This document shows, in pieces, positions 10,119 to 18,934 of a stretch of DNA of 64,000 nucleotides. The position numbers and the translations under genes are program-made. Source of the DNA: an uncultured virus (IMG/VR IMGVR_UViG_3300005965_000003) (Duplodnaviria > Heunggongvirae > Uroviricota > Caudoviricetes). Below the pieces are notes generated by a model that was not told the DNA's origin, made no database searches, and saw nothing but the letters and a program-made list of their open reading frames with translations. The stretch lies in the IMG/VR virus record IMGVR_UViG_3300005965_000003. One strand, 5' to 3'. Each line of letters begins with the position of its first letter. Positions within the stretch are counted from its first letter, which is position 1.

Positions 10119-10743
10119 TCCTATTTTTTACGAACATTTTCAAAAGAACATCTTTAGCCATAGCCGTTCTTTTTTCTTTCTCAAATAACCTTTTTGCTTC
10201 AACCTGCGTGATATAATCCTCTACCATAGTATGAAGATAGTCTTCTAAAAACTTCCAAGCTTTTCTTTCATCTAATTCCGGTGGGTCCTGCTGATAATTA
10301 TGATCCATTGCTACCAAGCCTGCACCATTATCCTTAGCTACTAACCTGCTATTGCCGTCGCTTATTCCCGGGATAACTACAAAGCAGGAATTTTTATGGG
10401 TACCTATATTTCCAGGGTATCTGCCAAAATTGTCATAGAAACTTCCTGAAGTAATCTGACATCGAAAATAACAGGAAGGCTCTTGCCAGTCACCACCAGC
10501 TTTATGCATCCTACACTTAAATTCATATTTCAACGGATAGATGTTTTCGGGAGGCCTGGATACTTCAACAGTGAACATTTTCCCCGAATCTACAGCATCA
10601 TCATTCTCATGATCGAAATAGATATTAAAGTGATCATGTGCCTTATTAATCAAGTCCGACCACATAGCATCAGCTATCTCATTATAATTGAAAAAGGGCT
10701 TATCCTTTTCCGGGACGCTTCTGCTATTAATAGTGACAGGCAT
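10102..10743 (-). CDS. hypothetical protein
   Basis: 213-aa ORF in the minus-strand operon. Confidence 0.7.
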   Translation of the reverse strand: MPVTINSRSVPEKDKPFFNYNEIADAMWSDLINKAHDHFNIYFDHENDDAVDSGKMFTVEVSRPPENIYPLKYEFKCRMHKAGGDWQEPSCYFRCQITSGSFYDNFGRYPGNIGTHKNSCFVVIPGISDGNSRLVAKDNGAGLVAMDHNYQQDPPELDERKAWKFLEDYLHTMVEDYITQVEAKRLFEKEKRTAMAKDVLLKMFVKNRNDYGI

Positions 10744-10746
10744 TTA

Positions 10747-11634
10747 TTATTTCCAATCTCTAAATTTAAGCATATCTTTTTTATAAGGCTTAGATAGTTC
10801 CTCAAGCTTCTTCATCTCATCATTGCTCAGCTCTTTATAAGTCCTAGCGAGCTCAATATTTTTATCCAACTCACCAATACTATTGTGTCCTATGATAGCT
10901 ATATCACAGCCCTTAGTAATAGCATAGTTAAAGGAGTTCTGTATATTTACTTCTCCACTCTTTTTCGGTATCGAACCATCAGCACATATTTTCATTCCTA
11001 CTATACCCATACCCTTCTTCTTAGCTGTAGGAATTAATTCTTTAAGAAAGGGTTTATCCCATTTATCGGCTGGGTTAATAGCACATAGCAAAGTATCAAA
11101 GTTATATTCTTTGAGAGCCTTTAATAAAGGGGAGGGGCTTGAGTGGCCAGTGATCCCTAAGTACTTAACTAATCCCTGCTCCTTGGCCTCTAAAAGAGCC
11201 TTCATAGCGCCGTCGTCTTTGAATATACGGTTTACTTCCCTGTCGTAATCAAGATGATGGATTTGCCAAATGTCGAGGTAATCAGTTTTTAGCCTATTTA
11301 AGGTTCTTTCCAGCAGCCTCCAGGATCCGTCTCTTGTCCTATCATGGGTCTTGGAAGCAAGGACTAATCCCTGACGATTTGGGTATAAGGCTTCTCCTAA
11401 ATGACTCTCACTTGCCTTATATTCTGGAGCGGTATCAAAGTAATTGATTCCTAAATCAAGAGCGTGGCGGACTAAGTCAACACCTTCAGAGAACTTATCT
11501 TTTTTGGAAAGTATCTGACCGCATCCTAATCCGAGGAGGGAGACATTTAATCCGGTTCTACCCAGAGTAACATATGGGAGACCGCATAATCCCTGAGCTG
11601 TTGTTCTTAGTATCTCTGCTATTGATATATACAT
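10747..11634 (-). CDS. aldo/keto reductase
   Basis: LGRTGLNVSLLGLG, GINYFDTAPEY..SE..LG, ASK, LKTDYLDIWQIH, LGITGH. Confidence 0.95.
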   Translation of the reverse strand: MYISIAEILRTTAQGLCGLPYVTLGRTGLNVSLLGLGCGQILSKKDKFSEGVDLVRHALDLGINYFDTAPEYKASESHLGEALYPNRQGLVLASKTHDRTRDGSWRLLERTLNRLKTDYLDIWQIHHLDYDREVNRIFKDDGAMKALLEAKEQGLVKYLGITGHSSPSPLLKALKEYNFDTLLCAINPADKWDKPFLKELIPTAKKKGMGIVGMKICADGSIPKKSGEVNIQNSFNYAITKGCDIAIIGHNSIGELDKNIELARTYKELSNDEMKKLEELSKPYKKDMLKFRDWK

Positions 11635-11636
11635 TT

Positions 11637-12737
11637 TTAATCATCAAAACTAAATTGGGTAAGGAGTTCTTCTGCATAATCCCAGTTTAATAAATTTTTT
11701 ATAACTGCTTCCAAGTATGATCCCCTATCACTTTGGTAATCCATATAATAAGCATGTTCCCAAAGATCTATGCAAAGTATAGACATGGCACCACTCTGTG
11801 AAAAGAGGGTGTCTCCGTCTTCTGTAGTCTTTATCTCAAGCTTATCTTTATTAAGAGCAAGCCAACCCCACCCACTACCGAAATGCTCTATACACTTTTT
11901 CTTAAACTCGATCATAAAATTTTTATAACCGTCAAAACTATCATTAATTAGCTGCATAGTTTTTCCGGACGGAGCCATGGGGGTACTCGTAGGATTCAAA
12001 GATTTCCAAAAGAAATTATGATTCCATACTTGAGAAGCATTGTTATATACATCCTGGTTTATAGGATTCTTAATAATATCGGGTAAAGAAAAGTATTCCT
12101 TCTTTTTCTCAACCAATGCCTTATTAAGTTTCTCCAGGTATTTAGCATGATGATCTAAATAATGGGTGAGTACCTGGCTAGAACTTAAAAAAGGCTGTAA
12201 AGCCCCAGATGCGTAGGGCAGCTTAGGAAGTTTAAATACGTATACAGATTCGGGTTGAGTAACAGCTTGTTTCTTTCCCCAATCTTGAATAACTTCAGCG
12301 AGTTTAATCAAAGTTTTGGGGGTACTGAAATGCTGGATACCAATCCCACCAGCTTTCTCCCACTTATCGATGTTCTGCTTACGGTCATCTATTAAGATAG
12401 CCTCAGGAGATGCGTATTTGTATTTATCCTGCTCAATAATGAATGGTACTCCGGGAAGATTTTTCTTTAACCATTCTTTTTTTCCTTCGTAGGATGATTT
12501 ATGATTAGATGGTGCTGTCAGAACAATAGGTTCGTACTTTTTTATCTCCTGCCAGAGAATATCTCCTCCAGGCATCCAGTCCATACTAGACCAAAATTTT
12601 GTACCGGCCTTCGTAATAGCTCCCCATGTCTTCGGGTCGTTTCCTTCTTTATCCATAGTAGTAGGACGCCCTAAAAGTTTGGAGAGCTGCTTATCAAAAT
12701 CGGTTATGACCCCATCCAAATCTAAATAGATCCTCAT
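11637..12737 (-). CDS. fusion of HAD 5'-nucleotidase and Fe/Mn superoxide dismutase
   Basis: N-term IYLDLDGVITDF..ILIDD..W..AGGIGIQH; C-term LPKLPY..HYLDHH..QVWNHNFFW..FGSGWGWL..DLWEHAYY. Confidence 0.92.
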   Translation of the reverse strand: MRIYLDLDGVITDFDKQLSKLLGRPTTMDKEGNDPKTWGAITKAGTKFWSSMDWMPGGDILWQEIKKYEPIVLTAPSNHKSSYEGKKEWLKKNLPGVPFIIEQDKYKYASPEAILIDDRKQNIDKWEKAGGIGIQHFSTPKTLIKLAEVIQDWGKKQAVTQPESVYVFKLPKLPYASGALQPFLSSSQVLTHYLDHHAKYLEKLNKALVEKKKEYFSLPDIIKNPINQDVYNNASQVWNHNFFWKSLNPTSTPMAPSGKTMQLINDSFDGYKNFMIEFKKKCIEHFGSGWGWLALNKDKLEIKTTEDGDTLFSQSGAMSILCIDLWEHAYYMDYQSDRGSYLEAVIKNLLNWDYAEELLTQFSFDD

Positions 12738-15700
12738 CCTATTTCCTTTTTCGCTAATTCAGCAAGCTTACGTTGGAACCGAGGACTGTAGAAGATAGCT
12801 GAATTAAAGTTTTTATCTTCTCTATAACTCAGCTTGATCAAATCTTCTTCCTTCTCTAATTCAGCAGGTTCTGAAGGTTTTTCTGCCTTTTCCTCTACAG
12901 GTTTCTCTGTAGGTGTTTCCCTTTCCATAGTTACTTCTTCTGTTTTCTTAGCTAATGCTTCTGTTTCCTTCTTAACCTCTTCTCTCATCTTTTCTATGTA
13001 CGCTTCCTCTTCCGATGTATCTTCTTTTATCTTCTTTTTCAACGCATTTAGTACTGAAGTCATCAAAGCTTTATCCGCTACATCGAGCATCATCTTGAAC
13101 AGCTCATCCACACCATGTTTCTTCTTTTTTTGTATAGTGTTTCTTTTCTCTATCAAAGCTCTAAGGTCTTTGTGAGGCGCACCGAATTCTTCCCTGAAAT
13201 ATTTGTCATCAGACTTAAGTTTCTCAAGCAATTCAGATGTTTTTTCTTTCTTTTCGGCTTCTGATAAATAACGAGAGTCTCGAATTCTACCTAATTGCTG
13301 TTCTAAATCCCTTTTTTCTAATAGTCTCTCTTTATAGGAATTTTCAAATTTTTCCAGGAAGTCTTTTCCTTCTGTCTTTCTGTACTTAGCTATATCTTTA
13401 TTAATATCCTGCAGATCCTTTATCTCCCTGTCTATTAACCTTATCTTCTCAAGTATGTTAGGATTTGTCCTTACACCTACTAGATTCTTAAAGGTATCGT
13501 ACACCTGCATATAGGGTGCATATTCCCTACCGCCAAAAACATTATGTCGTCCTACTGTTGTCATCCAATATCTTTGGAGATCCCAGAAGAGCTGTTTGTA
13601 AAAAATATTCTTGAAAGTTTCCTTATGTTCCTCTGAGAATCCTTTAAATTCACCAGTCTTAGGATCAATAAAGCGTTTTATATCTCTCAACGTATCTTTA
13701 GATTTCATAGCTATATTTTGATAATTTCTTCTTCTTGATCTAAGCTTGTTTAACTCGCCCTGGTATTTTTCAAGTAATTCCCGGAAGTTGTCGCTAGCTT
13801 CGTTAACAGGCACTTTTTTATTACCTATGGGTATTTCTATTTCGCTAATTTTTTTCTTACGCAATACATTCTTTAGCTGCTTATTGGCTTTAAGAATCAT
13901 TTCTTTAAAGACTTCAGGATTAGAAAGGACGTATTTGTCATCAGTTTCTTCCTTAATGTCTCTTAGTTTTTGGGCTTCCTCACCGAGCATATGCTGCACT
14001 ACTTCCCAATCCTTGATTTTAGGCTCAGGTGTTTTAAGTTTTTTCTCTATACGTTTGTATTCAGGACCCTCTCCTCTAGTGGGGTACGAGACATAATCCT
14101 CAATGATATCTGTAGGTGACTTTTGTTCGTCCGCAACCTTTTTTGTAGCTCTTGCTCCGGTAAGCAATTGAGTAAAATTCTGGAATAGTTTTGCTTTCTG
14201 GTCGGGCAACAGGTTAAGAGCGCCAATAAAAGGAGCTATTTTTCTGCTCACTTCTTCCTCTGACACAGATTCTCCAGCACCTTCTAATACTTTTTCTTTA
14301 TATTTTGCCATATAGTCTTCTACGGCGTTAATTAAGTCAGAAATATATCTATCTCTATAGTGTACCAAAATGTCCTTTTTAATAAATTCACTGATTTGTT
14401 TGACTTTACCTATAAATTTATCGGGATCGGTAATCGATCCTAACTCTTTACGCATCTGTTCATAGCGTGGACTTATACCTTTAGAAGTTTGAGATTGAAA
14501 TTTATACACATCCTTTTGAAAATCTAACAGTTCACCCTTATAGTATGCCAAATTAGTTTGAATATGAGTTCTCCTGTTTTCAAACTCATTTAAAATCTGA
14601 TGGTACTTTCTCAAGCCCTCGTTTATATCATTTATAGCTTTCTTATCCTCTTTAGTAATCTCCTTTTTATTTTCTTTCATCATGTTTAGAGCTTTTTTTG
14701 CCTCTTCTATATCCTCACGAAATTCTTTTTCTATTCTTTTAAAATCTTCTTTAGTACTCTTAATTTCTTCTTGCCTTTTATGGAATCGTTCTGCCTTTTC
14801 TTTTTCTTGCCCTGTTAGCTGCTCTAGACCCTCTATACCATCCTCAATTTGATGATACTCTTTAACAGCTTCTGGACTTGAAAGGAAATCTCTATCTCGG
14901 CGTTTACGCTCCTCATTAAACTTAGCAATGAGCTTATTTAGTCGTTCATCTTTTTCCTTTAGCTCTTGGTTTCTTTTTTCTAGAGCTTTCAAGTCAGGTA
15001 CTAACTGTTTAGTCCCTGGGCTTTCCTTCTTTTCTATAGGGACGTCCCATCCTTCAGGGGCCTTCGACTGAGGAACATACTTCTCTAAAAATTTTGCAAG
15101 AGTACCCCGCACGTAAGTTTTATCCCACATAGGAGACTTAGCTTTTTCTTTTTCTTTTCTTTCTTCCTTAATTCTTTCTTTCTTCTTTTCTATTTCTTCT
15201 TCTTTTGTAGGTAGGTATCTCGACTTATCCCTAATTTGGGAGATGCTTCTTCTAAATCGTGTTGTTAAGTCCTTCAATACTTTTTGAGCTAAGGGATCGG
15301 TCTGCTTTTGACCATAGGGCTTAAACTCAGCTTTTTGTATGTCATAAATGTCATCAATCACTTCCTTTGGATCATCAGCATCTACTTTCAGAAGCTCCAC
15401 ATAATCCTTTACGCTATCAATATCTTTATTGATAATAGCTTTTTGGAAATTTTCTAGATGATCTTCTACAATAGGATCTTCCATCCTATCAAGGAATAAT
15501 TCTTGAGCTTCCTGCTTTAAGCCTTTTTTCTTAGCTTGTTCAATTATTATTGGCTTAGGATTATTGAAGAATTTTGCATAATCGTCCAATATCGGTAAAT
15601 ACTTATTTTTTACCTCTACAATCTCACCATTTACTTCTCGCATTTTTTTATTAGCTTCTTGTAGCTTATCATAAGCGGTCATATGAGGACTACCTTTCGT

Positions 15701-18700
15701 ACCCTCATCGGCTTCTTTTATCATATCCTCACCGAGTTTCGTAAGTACCAAATCTTCAATTTTCTGACCACCTCTCAGTATTACTTCGGCAACTATTTTA
15801 TCGATACCATTTTCAAAGTATTGCTCCGCGTCAGCTTCTTCGACTTCTTTCCCTTGATTGAAAAATTTGAAGCTTCTGGAGGATATAGCATCAATAAAAG
15901 AGGATACTTGATCGGGGCGGTCGAAAAAACTCCGATATGTTTTTTTGGCAGCGCCTCCCCCTGCGGGCCTATACTTTTGACTATAGACCATCCAATCCGG
16001 AGCTTTGAGATCCTGCCGAGCAGCCAACTTTAATAAATAATCCGATATACACCGATATCGATTTACACTAGCTTTCTTTTTCTTTCTTTTTCTTTTAGAT
16101 TCTTCATCCGGAACTACTTCTTCTCTAATATTTATAGCTTTTACCAAATCCTTGTTTATCTTACTATAAACCGGACCCAGCCTTCCTTGAGAAAGCTCAC
16201 TTTGTACCTTTCCTAGATCTTCTACTATAGACTCAAATTTACTTCTTAGCTCCTGAGAAGTATACCAGGGCATAGAGTATTGCAAATTAAAGATATGGAG
16301 AAATTCTTTTAATTTACTAAGAGATTCATTTTCGTCTAAGTAACGAATAATAGGATGTACTCTAGCACGTTCTTTCTGGAGAATTTCCTCAGCTTTTTCC
16401 TCACTTATATCTTTAGTATCAACTGATTTAGCTGGACCGTATTTCTCCTTCATTTCTTCTCTTTTTTTTCTTAACTTTTCCCTCTTTTCCATCACATCTT
16501 TGTATTTGTCTTGATCATCCGTATCTTCGATTTTATCCTTCCGATAAATCTCACGCTGGAAAATTGTAGCCCCTGCTAAAGTAGTAAAAAACTTAGGTTT
16601 TTTAAGAAGAAATTTCGTGCTATCTATAATAGATTTTATGGCATCCGCAAGAGCTTCTAACCGAGGCACATCTTTCTTTCTTAAGGATTTTGCACGCTCA
16701 TCAAATCCTTTAATGTAGGTTGCGTAATCGTCTACTGCATCCTGTAGCTCTTTTGACCCTTTTGCATTAACTAACTTGCTAAGGTTCTCTTTCCTCTCTT
16801 GATTACGACCTAAGTCCTCTTTTGTATTCTTCAGCTTATCCTTTAGCTTCTGTATATATTGTTCGGATTTTTCGATAACATTAGATACGATCTCGTACCG
16901 ATATCCTTTTTGATCCATTAAACGTCGGTAGAATGGGGATAACTTTTCACCCTCTTTCTCTGCCTCTTTCTTTGTGTTTTCTATCATTTGTAACATCAAA
17001 GCATCAAGGTTTCTATAGGTTTCCTCATGCTTTGTACCCCGACCCTCCCCCTCTTCTCTTCTACGTCTTTTTAAGACATCTAGTAGCGGGGGTAATTTCG
17101 ATTTCTGTTTTTCTTCTTTTTTACCCTCAGATTCAATTTCTTCTTTCTCAGATTCAATTTCTTCTTTTAGTAATCTAACAAAATAAGATAAGTTATTATA
17201 ATATAGTTTTTTCGGAGAATCGTCATCTTTATCCGGTGGGTTTTCAGTTACTTTAGTAATGGTTTTAGGATCTGCCTTTTTTAGGAATTCGTGAGTTACA
17301 TTGATTTTATCAATATTCTTCCGAAATTTTTCAATGCTGTCTTCAGTAAAATCTATCTTTTCCTCTAAGTCTTTAAGATCATCCTGAGTGTATGTTTTAT
17401 ATGTAAAAGTCTTTGGGTCTATATCTAAAAAGCGTTTTTTGAGAGAATCAGGCAAGTCAACCTTACGGTAAGCTTCTTTTATCCTACTGATATAGGGCTC
17501 TACATCATCATCTGTAGGCACGGCTCCTTCCATAAGCTCATCTATCTTTTTTCCTTCTTCTGTTAGTTCGCCCGTATAAAGGATGTCATCTAAAGCATCA
17601 ATACGAGTCTCTAAACGTTTTGCCTCTTGCTTTAACGTCTCTAGATCACTCACCCCAGGATCTTCAACTTTTTCTTCTTTCTGCGCACGTCTCTTATAGA
17701 TAGCTGCGGCGCTTCTTCCTATATCTTCCGTAACAAAATTTTTCTCTTTTAACTTAAAATTACCAGCTTCTTCTTTTACATTTTTGAAATCAGTTAGAAA
17801 AGAATAAATATACTTAGCTTTAGTAATTTCATCTATATCATTTATTTTACTGAGGTAATCCTCTATCTGCTTTTTCTCATCCCCTTTTTTCCCACTAACA
17901 GTAATTTTTACAGGCTTACTATTAAAATCACCCGGGATAGCTCTTTTTTGTCCTAGTATATAGTCGATAGCTTTTTTTGCTTCCTCTACGGACATATCAG
18001 CAGTAGGCGTACCCTTTAGGCCGAAATACTTTCTATAGTCTGCTTCGGATAGTCCTAATGGGTCAGTGGTTTTATTATATTTTTGGAAAAAGTCTTCAGC
18101 TTTTTTTCTTACGTCATTTATATTGCTATCCAACCATTGCTGATCCCGCTGTCCTGATAGAAAATGAAAGATTAACTCTTTCTTTTTTCTATCGTCTAAA
18201 CCCTTTGATGCCGGGTTTGTTTCTTTGAAGACAAAATGAGACTCTTCATCAGGATGGCCAAGCACACCCTTGCCCATAAATTTAGCTATAGCTTTCATAG
18301 CCTCTCTTTCAGAAAGGCCTTCTTTATACTGATTTTCTGTAACACCAAAATAGGGCAGTATGTCTTGCTTACGTATCTCTTCAGGTTTTACCACAGTCTG
18401 TCTGCCCAGGCCCTTACCCTTGGATTCCTCTTTATAGTACTTAATAAAATCAAATAAAATCCTTCTATAGTTCTGATTACTATAGATTACATTTGACTTA
18501 ACAGCAGCAAAGTCAATTATCTCTTTTAGCTTCTCCGCTATCTCCGAAGTTTTAACTTGTTGGAGTAACCGAGCTTCATCCTCTTCTGTAAAAAAGTAGT
18601 TCTTCTTAGCGGACTGGAGAAGAGGTTTCGAGTTCTTTGCGGCATTACGGAGCATTTCCTTCAAAGCTTTTTCAAACTCAGTAGTATTATCCGCAGTCGT

Positions 18701-18934
18701 AAGCTTATTGTAGATATCACCATTTAAGGCAAAGAAGTTATAGAGGTCGTCACTAAGCTTCTTAGGGACGCTAATCCTATTTATAGGACCTTCTGCATTA
18801 GGATCTCTTCTCTTTAAGTACTCCTCTTCCTTTTTACGCATCAAATTATGAATTCGATCTACCGAAGAGGAAGTTTTGTTCCTGATTCCTAATAAGTCTT
18901 TTAGATCTGTTTTTAAAATTGAACTAAGGTCCAT
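12734..18934 (-). CDS. 2066-aa K/E-rich coiled-coil protein, possibly virion-internal
   Basis: Uninterrupted ORF; no catalytic motif recognised. Confidence 0.75.
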   Translation of the reverse strand: MDLSSILKTDLKDLLGIRNKTSSSVDRIHNLMRKKEEEYLKRRDPNAEGPINRISVPKKLSDDLYNFFALNGDIYNKLTTADNTTEFEKALKEMLRNAAKNSKPLLQSAKKNYFFTEEDEARLLQQVKTSEIAEKLKEIIDFAAVKSNVIYSNQNYRRILFDFIKYYKEESKGKGLGRQTVVKPEEIRKQDILPYFGVTENQYKEGLSEREAMKAIAKFMGKGVLGHPDEESHFVFKETNPASKGLDDRKKKELIFHFLSGQRDQQWLDSNINDVRKKAEDFFQKYNKTTDPLGLSEADYRKYFGLKGTPTADMSVEEAKKAIDYILGQKRAIPGDFNSKPVKITVSGKKGDEKKQIEDYLSKINDIDEITKAKYIYSFLTDFKNVKEEAGNFKLKEKNFVTEDIGRSAAAIYKRRAQKEEKVEDPGVSDLETLKQEAKRLETRIDALDDILYTGELTEEGKKIDELMEGAVPTDDDVEPYISRIKEAYRKVDLPDSLKKRFLDIDPKTFTYKTYTQDDLKDLEEKIDFTEDSIEKFRKNIDKINVTHEFLKKADPKTITKVTENPPDKDDDSPKKLYYNNLSYFVRLLKEEIESEKEEIESEGKKEEKQKSKLPPLLDVLKRRRREEGEGRGTKHEETYRNLDALMLQMIENTKKEAEKEGEKLSPFYRRLMDQKGYRYEIVSNVIEKSEQYIQKLKDKLKNTKEDLGRNQERKENLSKLVNAKGSKELQDAVDDYATYIKGFDERAKSLRKKDVPRLEALADAIKSIIDSTKFLLKKPKFFTTLAGATIFQREIYRKDKIEDTDDQDKYKDVMEKREKLRKKREEMKEKYGPAKSVDTKDISEEKAEEILQKERARVHPIIRYLDENESLSKLKEFLHIFNLQYSMPWYTSQELRSKFESIVEDLGKVQSELSQGRLGPVYSKINKDLVKAINIREEVVPDEESKRKRKKKKASVNRYRCISDYLLKLAARQDLKAPDWMVYSQKYRPAGGGAAKKTYRSFFDRPDQVSSFIDAISSRSFKFFNQGKEVEEADAEQYFENGIDKIVAEVILRGGQKIEDLVLTKLGEDMIKEADEGTKGSPHMTAYDKLQEANKKMREVNGEIVEVKNKYLPILDDYAKFFNNPKPIIIEQAKKKGLKQEAQELFLDRMEDPIVEDHLENFQKAIINKDIDSVKDYVELLKVDADDPKEVIDDIYDIQKAEFKPYGQKQTDPLAQKVLKDLTTRFRRSISQIRDKSRYLPTKEEEIEKKKERIKEERKEKEKAKSPMWDKTYVRGTLAKFLEKYVPQSKAPEGWDVPIEKKESPGTKQLVPDLKALEKRNQELKEKDERLNKLIAKFNEERKRRDRDFLSSPEAVKEYHQIEDGIEGLEQLTGQEKEKAERFHKRQEEIKSTKEDFKRIEKEFREDIEEAKKALNMMKENKKEITKEDKKAINDINEGLRKYHQILNEFENRRTHIQTNLAYYKGELLDFQKDVYKFQSQTSKGISPRYEQMRKELGSITDPDKFIGKVKQISEFIKKDILVHYRDRYISDLINAVEDYMAKYKEKVLEGAGESVSEEEVSRKIAPFIGALNLLPDQKAKLFQNFTQLLTGARATKKVADEQKSPTDIIEDYVSYPTRGEGPEYKRIEKKLKTPEPKIKDWEVVQHMLGEEAQKLRDIKEETDDKYVLSNPEVFKEMILKANKQLKNVLRKKKISEIEIPIGNKKVPVNEASDNFRELLEKYQGELNKLRSRRRNYQNIAMKSKDTLRDIKRFIDPKTGEFKGFSEEHKETFKNIFYKQLFWDLQRYWMTTVGRHNVFGGREYAPYMQVYDTFKNLVGVRTNPNILEKIRLIDREIKDLQDINKDIAKYRKTEGKDFLEKFENSYKERLLEKRDLEQQLGRIRDSRYLSEAEKKEKTSELLEKLKSDDKYFREEFGAPHKDLRALIEKRNTIQKKKKHGVDELFKMMLDVADKALMTSVLNALKKKIKEDTSEEEAYIEKMREEVKKETEALAKKTEEVTMERETPTEKPVEEKAEKPSEPAELEKEEDLIKLSYREDKNFNSAIFYSPRFQRKLAELAKKEIG

